From positions 682,001 through 746,000 of the forward strand of contig OZ287069.1 in NCBI GenBank assembly GCA_965645245.1: a stretch of DNA of 64,000 nucleotides, written 5' to 3'. How positions within the stretch are numbered: the stretch's first letter is position 1; every line of letters begins with the position of its first letter. This document shows positions 52,307 to 64,000 of the stretch, piece by piece. The position numbers and the translations under genes were made by a program. The DNA comes from Massalongia carnosa (lineage: Eukaryota). A model generated the notes under the pieces. It did not search any database, was not told the origin of the DNA, and saw nothing but the letters and a program-made list of their open reading frames with translations.

Positions 52307-53127
52307 CTATAAACTCCGCGCCGTGCCCGCCGTTCCATCCGCAACGGCCCTACCCCCACCATCCCTCCACCGCTTCACCCTCCGTCTCAAATCACCCTCC
52401 GTCTGCTGCCCCGGATTCAACCGTCGATCCCTCACCATCCCCCTAAAATCATCCCCCCACCTCCCCACTAACCTCGCAATCCACTCCTCCTCCCGTCGGC
52501 TCTGCATCCTCGGCCTCTTCTGCCCGCCCCCCGCCCGCGCCGCAGCTTCCAACTCCGCCACTATCCCCTCCCCCTTCCCTTCCGTAAGTGTTCCCGCTCT
52601 CCAGTCCACCGGGTCCGCCTTCTCCTCGGAGCCATCCACCGCGTTTAGTAAATCGTTCAGTGGGTTCGGCGCACCGGTGGACAAGGATGGTGGCGGCGAG
52701 GGGTGAATCACGCTTGTGATAGCGCCGGTTTTGGGATGGCGAACTATGCGCGCGGTGCTAGGGAAGAGGGTTTTGATGGTAGGGGCTTGCGGGGTTATGG
52801 AGAGGGGATCTTTCCTTATGGGGGTGGCCGCGCTGGGGCTAGGTTCAGTGCCGCCGGCGTGGGCGTTGAGCTTGGAGGTTAGGCCTAGGCGGGCGTAGTT
52901 TTGGGAGAGGGTTTGGGAGGCGACCCTGGTTGGTTTGGAGGTTTGAGGAGGTGAAGAAGGCGAGTTTTTGGAATGGGGGAAAGGAGTGGGAGGGGAGGGA
53001 GATTTTGGACTCACCAGTTGGCAGCGACGATGGGGTTGCTGCGGACGTTGACACGTTTAGATCTTGGTTTTTGATGTACTTTAGGAAGGGAGGATCTGTT
53101 CTTCTTTTTCTGCAGCACACGACCCAT
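52307..53127 (-). CDS. NOP16: Nucleolar protein 16
   Basis: MGRVLQKKKNRSS...NPIVAANW, intron, TLSQNYARLGLTSKLN...QSRREEEWIARLVGRWGDDFRGMVRDRRLNPGQQTEGDLRRR. Confidence 0.9.
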
Positions 53128-53311
53128 GATGGTATTTTTCCTGCTTCAGGAATGCGGTGGATTGTGGGAAAGATACCTCGTAGCTTGGTGGCGTTTTAGG
53201 GCTGCAGTAGTTAGTTCGGACTGCTTCTCACTAGTAGTTACCCCTTGGCGCGCCTTGCGGATGAACACACGACACGTTGCTTTACGCTTCCTTCTCCGCT
53301 ACCAAGGCAAC
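53128..53311. promoter_or_regulatory. Probable bidirectional promoter between NOP16 and YKE4
   Basis: Only about 184 nt between the divergent ATGs. Confidence 0.55.
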
Positions 53312-55256
53312 ATGGCACGAAGTCGCACACGATGGCATCCGCCGTGGCTGTACCTGCTCGTTGTATCGATAGCACTGATTGTGCAACATGTTGCCGCTAA
53401 AAAAGAACCCATCGTTGATGTAGCACGTATGAGTGTGCTCGAAATTGAGGATGCCCTTCAGGTATGTATAACATGCCCGCTTCCATTTCCGCTTTAAAGG
53501 TGTCAGGGAAGTGAGGATATGGTTCCAATTGACCGGTTCTAGCAATGCCCACTTATTCGGGATCTGAATCGTCATCGTGCAGCATCGAATCCCCAAACCT
53601 CAGGGCTTACGTCCCAGGTTTTCGCGTTTCTGTTTCCGGGAAGCCCGGCTATCAACGCGCTTCTAGCAACCTTGTATATCTCCGGACCACCCAGTCAGTC
53701 AGGTCCCTTCTTGTTTGTTTAACGATGACTTTACTGTAGGAACTGATCGACCTGTAGACTTTCTTCTCGCGCTATGTCCCCCCAACATCGACCCTTCCTC
53801 GCTCTCCGTCATGGTTGCGTTCGCCGTCGGGGGTCTGCTAGGAGACACTATCTTCCACCTTCTCCCTGAGATCTTTCTTGGCGAGGCCTCGCCTGAGGAA
53901 GCGCGCTTTGTTCTCGTGGAGCCGAATAAGAATCTTCTCCTTGGAGTCGCAATCTTGTTGGGATTTGTGACTTTTGTCGCCATGGATAAAGGGCTGCGGA
54001 TCGCAACAGGCGGTGAAGGCGGGCACGAGCATAGCCACGGCAAGAAGAGCGAAGTCTTGGAGCCAGAAAAAGACGCGGCTACCAGCGCAAAGACCAGTGG
54101 GGCCACCTCCGACCTCTCAACAAACACTCTCAAGTCCCGAAAGCCCGGCAGTTCTTCCGCCACCACGAAAATCCCACCTCCCCCATCAAAAATCCTTCAG
54201 GAAATCCTTGCTCATGAAGAACCCTTGCGCTCCGAGCGCTGGCTCCGCGCTGTGGTGGAAGAAGACGCCAGCAGCGACATCACTCAAATTGTCCTTTGGC
54301 AAGCTTACCAGTCGCACCTCAAAACAGGCCTCCTTCCCGCGTCCAACTTCATCAAAAATATCATCGGCATCTTCCCCAGCGCCGAAGCTCAAACAATCGG
54401 CACCCCCGAGGGCAAGGGGGGAAGTGGGACTAAATATATCATAAAGGGCATTCGACCACGCTTCTACTCCTCAACCCCATCGGTTCCCTCTTCTCCGCCC
54501 ATTTCTACTCCAGGGAACCCTTCTCCCTCAATTCGCCTATCCGCTTACCTAAACCTCATCGCCGACTTCACCCACAACATAACCGACGGCCTTGCGCTCG
54601 CCTCCTCCTTCCACGCCTCCCCGACCCTGGGGGCCACTACGGCCGTCGCCGTCTTCTTCCACGAAATCCCTCACGAAGTCGGCGATTTCGCCCTCTTGAT
54701 CCAATCCGGCTTCTCCAAGCGCCGGGCCATGGGCGCGCAGTTCGTGACAGCGCTGGGCGCGTTTCTGGGCACGGGCTTGGGCATCGCGGTGCAGAGTTTT
54801 GGAGGTGGAGGTGGAGGTGGAGATGGGGATGGGGAAATGAGGGCGTGGAAAGGGTTGGCGGGCACGGGGCTCGGGTGGGGGGATCTGTTGCTGCCGTTTA
54901 CGGCGGGGACGTTCTTGTATGTCGGCACTGTGGCCGTCATCCCGGAACTGTTGGAGACGGGCCCGGATAGGAGGCACGAGGTGAGAAAGACGGCGAAGCA
55001 GTTCGTTGCCATGGCTTTGGGGGCGGGGATTATGCTGGGGTGAGTCATCAGTCCAATTCTGTCTTGTGTGTTTTTTGTATCCTTCCAACTCCCCCCATTC
55101 CCTTACCCCTCCCGCTCTCAACCCCCTTTATCCCCTGCCTACCTGCCTGCCTGCTTGCGAGTCCCTGTGACATCCACGCAAGCAAGTAAACAATGAATAA
55201 TCTCAATACTAACATCCGCAATCCTTGGCCCTCACAACAGGATCTCCTGGTCATAA
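53312..55256 (+). CDS. YKE4: ER ZIP-family zinc transporter (Yke4/ZIP7-like) with an inserted winged-helix-like domain
   Basis: Signal peptide; LATLYISGPPNFLL, MVAFAVGGLLGDTIFHLLPE, GHEHSHG, YLNLIADFTHNITDGLA, FFHEIPHEVGDFALL, PFTAGTFLYVGTV; last exon GISWS* ends at 55256. Confidence 0.92.
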
Positions 55257-56444
55257 CAGGGACGCGGGGGTGCTGCTTTTATCTCTGCAGTCTGTTTTCG
55301 GTGCAGATCTCTCCATCGACCTACCTACCTATCTTCCTTCCTTCCTCGCTCGAGCGGGCGGGCGGGATCGTCTGTTTACGATCCGATAACCACCGCTTTT
55401 CCCTCCAAGCCCGAACCTCGGGTATGGAAAACCTGCGGGGAAAGGGGGAGGAAGAGACCGCTCGGTGCTATGTAGTAGAACATGTATCCTAGATACATAC
55501 ATACATACATACCTGCACGGCTCATGCTATTTAAAAAAAAACCAAAAAAAATCAAAAAAGAAGAAAAAACAAAGAATGGCGCATTTACATACAGGCACGA
55601 GGTGAACCCCCTTTTATTTTCCCCCAAACCCCATCCTTTCTTTCCATCCTCTTTCTGTCTACATCCAGACAGCAGATCAGATCCAACCAAACTAGTCGGT
55701 TAAAGTATCGTCCCACTCCTCCATCTCCACAGATATCTCCACCACAGAATCTCCACCCCTCCTTCTCCTATGTTTTTCTTTCTTTCCTGTTCTCATTTTA
55801 AAATAAATTTAAAGTTTTTCTCCATCTCTTCGCCCTGTCTCCCTCCTTCTGCTATCTTTCCCCCCTTTTCTCCCTTTCGTTGGTGGGGGGGAAATGATGG
55901 AAAAGTGTCAACGAACACATATAGACTTATACATACACACGTAGCTGCCTGCGCCCCTCCAATTTTCTCAATTCTTCAATTCTTCAACCCTAAATACCTA
56001 GGAATCCCTGGCCTTCTGCCCCCGTGCTGTGAAATTTCGAACAGAACTAATTTTGCTCAAGCTCGGCGGATCGAATAGCCATGTTATGTGTGCGAGTTTC
56101 CATGTGAGTTTCCATGCCTTGGTAGAGTTACCTAACTGAACGAGGGAAGGATGGGAGGGGAAATGTCACTTGGCTGCAAGACGAAAATCACGCCTACGAA
56201 GAGGAGAGAAGGTCTCAAAATAGCAGAAAAGCTGGCTTTGTTCGGAATAAATCATCCCGAAGAACAGCGAATGCTCAAAAAGCCCAACTACCAGACTTTT
56301 CCAAAGCAAGACGCATCGACTTCAAATTCCTTTTCCTCCGAAGGCTTACCTCAAAGCACCGCATCAAGACCCGATCGGGTGCTGACGAGTGCAACAACAA
56401 GAAAAATGCTGCCCTAGAGGATTCCTGGTCTACCGAATGGGGTC

Positions 56445-57687
56445 CTACATGAACGAATTTACCAAAGCCAACATTCCCCCACCAAAAAATAACCCGCTTG
56501 CTCCGGTGGCGCGGTTGGCGTTTGAAAATGGGGCAATCGCTGGGCTTGTCGACTTTAGCGGTCTCACCCCAGTCCCGGCTGGCGTGCTTGCGAGTGATGT
56601 GGTATTGTACCTGAGAGAACCACGGATATCGTTGCCTTTCTTCAAAGGAGGATTGTCGATGTTAGCGTTATCGACAATGATAGGGACCACGGGAGTTTCT
56701 ACGGGACCGTAAGAGACTGGCGATTCATGGTTGGGAGAGACTGGGGCAGATGTGAAAATGCGCGCGAATGGATCAAGGCTGGCATGAAGAACGCCACTGC
56801 TATTGTAAGCGCTAGAGAATTCGGGTACGATACTGGTAGGAGTAATAGAAGCCCGAGTTCCCGGAATGGCGATCTTAGTGCCGGCGATGTACGATGTGTA
56901 ACCAAGCGGAACAACAGGTATGATACTGCTTGTGGACTGTGCGCTGAGGTTGCCGGTGGGCTGCGTGTTGACCACGGACGTACTGATGTTTTTGACAGGC
57001 TGAGTACCGAGCAGAGATACGGTAATATTACCCGTGGAAAGGGTGGTGGCGCTTGAGGATGTCGCCGTGGTAGCAAGGGAGGGAATTGGGAAAGGGCTGC
57101 CATGGGCAGGGTAGACAATTCCATTGAAGGTACAAGCAGCGTCACCGGCGATAGGTGAAGATTGATAACCTGGAGGTCTTTTTGTCAGCTCATTGGAAAA
57201 CTGAGAGCGTATGTTCGCCTCCAGACAATCGAAACCCTTGGGGTCTCGACGGAAAGCTACAGGTGAAAGAGAAACAAGCTTACATGGTGCGAATGTTTTT
57301 ACCCCAACAGGCGGGATACCGGCAAGACTGCAGCAACTGTTAGCGGGCAGTTCAACATGTAGGTCCATGTGACGGCTAACTTGTCATTGCAATTCCCTGG
57401 CTGACCTACGATCCCATTGCAACGGATGATGATGTTGGTGGCCAAAGAATCACCTGCGCAGAAAGCGAGGGGGAAAGCGCCTTTTGGAGGAGAACAGACG
57501 AAGGTGTTAGTAGTAGGATCGCTGTTGAGATAGGATCAGCGGTGAGCCAGGCGTATGGATTCGAGACGAGGCAATAGGTGAAAGCAGCAGTTGGAGGTGG
57601 AGGGAGGAAAGCAACTCACAAGACAGCCTGCGCGCCTACCAGTGCGGCAGAGGTGGACAGGATGGAAGCAAGAGTGAAGAGCTTCAT
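56445..57687 (-). CDS. Secreted Cys-rich N-domain plus Ser/Thr-rich, probably GPI-anchored protein (4 exons)
   Basis: MKLFTLASILSTSAALVGAQA signal; FCAGDSLATNIIIRC..GQPGNCNDNLAG...CYQSS..GDAAC; hydrophobic GPI-type tail. Confidence 0.8.
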
Positions 57688-58055
57688 CTTGCGATGAAAC
57701 GAGCGACCAAATCAGATGGGGATGATCTTGTGGGTAGCTACTTAGTTGAAGATGCTGATGGTGGATGAGAGCAGTCAACTCCACAAGGTATGAGGTATTA
57801 TTGATGCTGATGTTGATAAACGAATGTGTGGAAAGTGATGGTGTAAGATGTGAGTGTGTGGAATGGTGAATAGTGAATGGTGAATGTTTTGGGATTGAGA
57901 AACGAGTGTTGCAATGACGTTGAGGGGCATTTTAAGTACGTTCCACCTATGAGGTGCCATAAAGGATGATGAACGGAGATAACAGGGATAATTGATGATG
58001 CGGTTTTGTTTTGACGCGAGCAAGTCATGGGCGAAAGCAAAGGGCAACGGAGGGG

Positions 58056-58230
58056 GCAACGAGCAACAAATAGCGAGCAACAAGCAACGAGCAACAACGA
58101 GCAACGAGCAACAAATAGCGAGCAACAAGCAACGAGCAACAACGAGCAACGAGCAACAAATAGCGAGCAACAAGCAACGAGCAACAACGAGCAACGAGCA
58201 ACCGGCAACCGGCAACCGGCAACCGGCAAA
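58056..58230. repeat. Compound minisatellite: 3 x 45-nt unit built from GCAACRA heptamers, then (GCAACCG)4
   Basis: Unit GCAACGAGCAACAAATAGCGAGCAACAAGCAACGAGCAACAACGA repeated three times. Confidence 0.9.
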
Positions 58231-59461
58231 GGGCACTAGCGAAGCGGACTAAGGGCTTTTTATCCGCATCTTAGGGCCTGAGGGAATCTGACGGATACAT
58301 ACGGAAAGATACAAAGTACAAAGGCACAGGGTACGATCAGATACCTCGGGTAGCTAGGTCACTAATCTACCTACAGAGAGAGTACTTTGGTCTGGATGAG
58401 CACAACGGACAATGAATAAAGAGTTTCGGCTTCTTCCCATCGCCCTCCAGAAGGGAATCAAGGGAAAACCTTTCTTTCAGGGACAGAGTACTGACTGACC
58501 ACGTTCCTAGAATACGTTGGTTTCTCTGCCGGTGCCTAGCCAGGCGATACGCAATGCCACATGCAGGGTTGAATGCCTCGCAGGACGATTGGTGTGGGAA
58601 GATGCATTAAAGCCCTTTGCGCATGAGATGACACTGCTAATAAGATATCGCTATGAGATCGAATTGAATGTGTAGAACCTCATGCGTGAAATACTGCTGA
58701 AATCGATGAAACGGGCCGGGATTTGCATTCTCCCTCTTTGACCTTCGGGTATCATGGCTTCATGACGATATCGTCCAATGAGCCTACAATATGAAATGAA
58801 CCCGATAGGCTAAAGGAGCGCATACATCCGCGGCGTAATGAATGCAAAAACAGCAAAAAAACTAAAAGAAAATAGCCGTTCTAAACCATTCTCCAAAAAT
58901 GAGTTCATACCTCACCAGATGCCTCTGGAGATGGACCATCTAGGGCGAGCACGAGAGCGTGACATGGGTTACTGACCTGGCCAGAATCTGTACTCGGACC
59001 ACGCAGTTGACGTTCGGGTAATGTGTGGTTCAAACGTTACGGGGGCGTGGGGTTTCATGTGACGCTACCCCGGCGGAAAACACGGAAGGGGACATGGAAG
59101 CGGGAGACAGCAAGTGGGAGTCTCCTCAAATAAGTAGATACCACACCAGAGCGCTCGGCATTGATGGGACGGTAGTATGGAAAATTTAACACAATCTTCT
59201 CTCCCAAGAAGCTAACGGAGCGGCCTGGCAAAAACTGTCATCGCTAAACTTGATGTCTACCTGGTGGTGTGAGGGTATAATGGCGCATCCGCCGACAAAA
59301 AAGAGAGGAAGCACGCCATACAATACGGTCATGAACGGGTGCCAAAGCCAGCCCCCCCCCCCCCCCCCCCCAAAAGGGTATGCTTATAAATTACCTCCCC
59401 AACACCGACGCTACGTCCCATATATCTACCCCATAACCGACAAGCAGATATGCTCCGAGCA

Positions 59462-62400
59462 TCAATGTGACCTCTGCTTCCGTAGCGCTCGTCAGTTGTG
59501 GACTCGACTTGCGCCTTAGTCGGTGCATCTGGCGCTCACCAGGCTTGCAGCTGCCGCTGCCATGGCCATATCCGATTTCCCGCTGGGTATTCTGGAAGTG
59601 ACTCTTGGGAGCGCCGATGCCACGACGCCATTCCCGTTAAGCGCTCGTTTGACTCCAGCGCTACTTTGTAAGCCGTTGACGGTTGAATGCCGCTTGGGTG
59701 GCGCAATTGACTTGTTCGGCGAATGGCTTGGCATATCGCGGTTTCTGACCGCCGTACCCTTCTTGAAGCTTGTCACTGGTGGTTCGGGCAAAGGACGCAT
59801 CCCAGCAGGGGTTTGCATGGAGTTGTAGCGTTTGACAGGCGAACTCACGGCTGTTGAGAGATGTGGACGAAGCGGGCGGGCTGCAGACTTGGTGCCAGTG
59901 ATAAATTCGTGGCGGGCGGCTTCATCAGGTTTGAGGCGACGGTCAGGGTCCCATCGGAGGCACCGAGTAATAAAGTCAAGGAAGGCTTCATCTTCACATT
60001 TCAACACCTGTTGAAGAGATTTGGAGCTAGGCCGCCGTCTTTTACCCTTTGACGAGACAGTCAGGCGGGGTTTTCCCAGCGAGTCGAAAAAGAGTTTTTT
60101 GCGAGTACTTTTTTCAATAAGATGTTTTTCTGGCGGTCCAAAGACTTCCATTATGCACGCCAATTGCTCCTGTTCGTTTTCTCCTGGGAAGATGGGATAC
60201 CCGGTCAAGAGCTCGGCTAGAATACAGCCCAAGCTCCACATATCAATTGGCATACCGTAAGTCATACCGAGAATGACCTCTGGAGAACGGTAGAACCGCG
60301 ATTGAATGTAAGTGTAAACCTTCTCGTTTTCAAGGCAGCTCGATCCAAAATCAATGACCTTAATTTCGGAATGAGCAGGATGGGCAAGTAAGATGTTCTC
60401 AGGCTTTAAGTCACAGTGGATAACCTTATGGCTCCTTAAGAGCACAAGGCTACTTAGCAGCTGCTTGGCGAATCGTCGTATTAGCTTCAGCGAGAACCCA
60501 CGGAAATCATGGCTTTTAATAAATTCGTATAGGTTCATGCCAAGCAGCTCGGTAGATATGCATAGGTGTCCTCGGAAATAGAAACTTTGGGTGAAATTGA
60601 CCATGCTGTGTTTATTATGAGGATCCTGAAAGAATATAGTCAGTACATTATTCATAGATTATAAGATTAGACTAGAAATACCCATTCTCGAAGTTTTTTG
60701 AGAATGTCAACCTCCACAAGCGCTTGTTGGTGGAACCTCTTCGTGTTTCGGATGATTTTGATAGCCACCAAGCCGCCTGTCTTGTGATCCACACATCGTA
60801 CAACCTGACCAAAGCTTCCTTTCCCAAGAATGTCAACTATTTCATAACGGTAAAATAAGTGATCGCCATTCACAATGTTATAATCTCCACGTTCGTCATC
60901 ATAGCCAAAATTAGCTGTGTCTGTAGTAAGATCACCAACATGCTTCTTTGCATCATGTTTTCCGCAAAAATATATGTCCTTGTAATCTACAATTTCACCG
61001 CGCTCGAAAATGTTGAGATGCGCCATACGTATGGCGTGATTGGAAGAAACTCGTTCTTTTGCGGTTGCCCTTCTACGCAAGGCATCCATCTCTTTAGCTG
61101 CACTTTCGGTGTCTTTCCGTTTCAGCGCGAGTCTCTTCATCTCCTCCTCAGCTAAAAGGTCATCACGGTCTAATTGCAAATCCATGGTCTTAGCTTCGCG
61201 CAGAAAGTCTTTTAGACTCAACGAGTTGGACAGCGAGCCACCTTCGAAGACGGACCTGGCCGTCCTGTTTTTTTTGAAGCCCGATGTGGGCTCAGGATAT
61301 GCTGATTCCTTTTTTGGGCTGCCGTCTGCACCCCAGGTGTTACTTCGAGTTCTTTCATGATGAACGCTAATGTTAGGGTTTGAAGTCTTTCTTGGGGTAT
61401 TGGGTAATTTAGTTTTTTGTGTTGGGCTGGGGCTTGGTATGAGGGGACCGTTCCAGGTAGCTGATGCGGGCAATCTAGGCGGAGGCATATGGTCGTGCTT
61501 TGGGGGTTTGGGAGGCAAATCCGCATCACATTCCGCAATTAATTGGGTCTTGGAAGCGCTCCGCTTGCGCGTTAGGCTCAACTTACGCCGCAGTGAACTT
61601 CCTATCGAAGGCGTACTGCGTTCAATAGGGCTTTGGTTCTCCAAGCTCGAAGCATCATCATTTGATACTTTAACTTGCCTTTGCGCTCGAGGACCCGTCA
61701 GCCTCGACGGCTTAACGTCTAGACCTGCATCAACAATATTTGGCTCCTCGCCGCTTTTCCGAAGGTAGCCAAATTCTGCGCTAATTTTAGGTAGCGAAGA
61801 CGAGACAAAAGGAGACATGGCTTTGCGGCTGGTATTATTAACCGGTTGATCCTGTGAGGATGGCACAATAGAGCTTGAACTGCTTGGAGTACGGTGAGAA
61901 TATGCTTCGGCTCGAATCAAGTGGGTTGAGCTGCTGGTTGGTCTCAGCGCCGTCCTAGGTGTCGGGTCTTCCTCCCGAGCACTTCTCAAAAAGAAGCTTG
62001 CCTTGGACGCAGTCATAGGGGTGCTCGGGGTTCGTGTTGCGCCGAGCTTTGGAGGCGGAGTGAGATTCCCCAAGTTCATCAAACTTGGGCCGTCATATAA
62101 CGCAGCAATTTTTGCAGCTGTCGGGGTGCTGAGAGGGAGAAGATTCAATGGCGGCAACCGCAAAGGCTGTAAGGTTCTTCGACTATTATTTATCCCTCCA
62201 CTTGTTTTTCTGTCAACTCCAGAAGTAGCTCCAAGCGTATCGCCTCTCCTTTGCCGGGTTTCTCGATTGGATTTTGCAACGTTGATCTCGACGGAGTGAG
62301 TGGATACCCCATCAGCTGTAGAACTGCTTGCCTGACTAGTATTATCAAATGGCAAGCTCGATTTTCGGACTGAGAAGAAAGACTGATCAAACTCTCCCTT

Positions 62401-64000
62401 TGGCGATTCATACGCTTTGGGGATTGCTGGAACCGGAGGCACTTCTTCTTCTCCGCCACCAGAACCATTTTCGCCCCAAATTTTCGGGGTAGGCAATCTC
62501 GAGGTTGAGATGTTTTGTGAAATGCGTAAGGGCCCCATTGATGCTAGGAAAGAACTATAACTCGTGCTCGACGAATTTGAGATACCCGAGCTGTAGGACT
62601 TTCGATTGGCTTCTGGCGTGGTTCGAGAGGATGATGGGGTGATACTTTTCCGACGAAACGAGGATGGTGAGCGAGCTGAAGACTGTGCTACTAAGCAAGA
62701 TTGTTCTGGCTGTGGCGTAGATGGTGTAAAGGGTATTGGTGGTGGGTTTGGCATAACTGACATTCTCTTCATTCTACGGGCATCAGTAGGACTAATCGTT
62801 CGAGCGCCTAAACCTGTAGCATGAGCAGTCCCGGGCATGATAGATAACCTTTTTGCAGATGACGGAGTATTTGTGCGACGGCCCGTCGATCTTCCAGCTG
62901 ATCGAGTGGCGCTGACTGTCGGTGAGTTTGTATGATCAGAATTGCTAGAAGGCGTTGATAGAAAATCTTGCACTAGCCTTGGAGGTGGCTGGAAGGACTT
63001 GGTTCTCTTATCCCGAAGAGCCTCTGGTCTTCGAACCACTTCTATCGGGGTCCCATTTTGGATGCCAGAAGGCTCTCCAATGGACATATTTTCTGGTGGA
63101 TAGATCAGGGCGCAAGCACCTGTGTTACTCTCTTGCGCAAGGCTTGGACGTTGTTTTTGAGGCCCTTGATAGGAAAATTCTGATGTTAATATCCCTGGAC
63201 CAATGGACTTCCGAGGAGGCCTACCGATAGCTTCGTTTGTGACATTTGCTGCCGGAAAATGACTTTTCCGCCTTGCCTTTGTAGATATCGGTGGTCCCAT
63301 GTTGATTAAGGTCCCTGCTGGCTTAGACAATTGACTGGTATCACTATCTTGGCGTCGTACCAGCGAATTAGCACGGCTGATACGGCATCCAGGATCTAAC
63401 GGCTCTGTTCTCTTCACCGAAATGCTTATATTTGACCTATCATCGGACACCCTTTTTCGCGGCATGATAACCCCCCCACCCCCTAGCGCAGGAAACGAGC
63501 TTAGATCAGTCTCGTCAGAATCCAGGCTGTTGTGGAAATCATCAAATCGCAACGCTGGAGCGAAATCAAAGGAATCTGTATTTTTCGTTCCCTCGTGGTT
63601 ACCGGTGAGCGCCAAAGATGCAAAGCTAAACCTTGAAGTATCATTGATTGATGTTTGCCTCGGACGCGAGTCCTTAGGGACATTGGGTGCAAACGACCGT
63701 TGGGACGTCTGGGAACTCGAGAGCCTATCGTCGAATGGGCTGCGTTAGATAAAAGCCTTCTACAAGTTCGGTTCACCTTGGTTAAGAATGCTGTGACGTA
63801 CCGCTTCGAAGGAGAATTTTGTGATGAGCCGAGCCCTGGCGGTACCTTTTGATCTCTTGTTGACTGCCTCCTTCGATTACGAGAATTCGACCGTATGTCA
63901 ACCGCAGATTTTGTCAAAGGAGCGATATCTGGCCGGGGTAGAGATATTGCCCCATCGAATGTACTTTTCTGAAACCTCTTGGGCGGCCGAGCTTCACCTA
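59462..64000 (-). CDS. pom1: Class 2 DYRK dual-specificity kinase, Pom1-like; 5' end outside window
   Basis: DH box NFGYDDERGDY, LGKGSFGQV, IHCDLKPEN, DFGSSC, YTYIQSRFYRSPE; introns at about 63800-63726 and 60681-60627, plus a probable terminal intron ending RSH* at 59462. Confidence 0.9.

Noticed and set aside
58056..58230. CRISPR-like array
   Set aside because: Contiguous tandem units with no unique spacers, in a eukaryotic context
57775..58252. Cys-rich repetitive ORFs (LLVVARCLLLAICCS...)
   Set aside because: Translation artefacts of the minisatellite, open in several frames on both strands
58960..59080. tRNA-like element (GGTTCAAAC B-box and a small hairpin)
   Set aside because: No cloverleaf or acceptor stem could be formed

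Overview
Eukaryotic, intron-rich filamentous ascomycete (Pezizomycotina) DNA. Lichen-forming Lecanoromycetes is my guess from gene style and is not proven. The window holds about 20 intact conserved genes: a methyltransferase-like gene (3' part only), SFA1/class III ADH, GPI11, a UBL-AN1 zinc finger, a PGC1-like GDPD, BMT6, NHP2, QCR8 (absent from the ORF track), PHB1, TIM9, a SAC7-like RhoGAP, a PEX28/29-like gene, NOP16, a YKE4 ZIP transporter, a Pom1-like DYRK kinase, and several secreted or GPI proteins. It also has decayed Tc1/mariner and Fot1/pogo DNA transposons, a 160-nt foldback element, and pseudogenes (aspartic protease, LysM effector, dynamin-like GTPase, HAD hydrolase), three of which lie in an accessory block at about 30-40 kb. 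Three observations stand out. (1) The YKE4/ZIP zinc transporter carries an in-frame Rsc9-like RFX winged-helix domain in its cytosolic loop. (2) The accessory dynamin-like GTPase carries an inserted Nup98 GLEBS-like (Rae1/Gle2-binding) segment. (3) A ubiquitin-like domain ending in RGG is fused directly to a Met-initiated AN1 zinc finger. All homology calls come from motif recognition by eye, and exon boundaries were read by hand.
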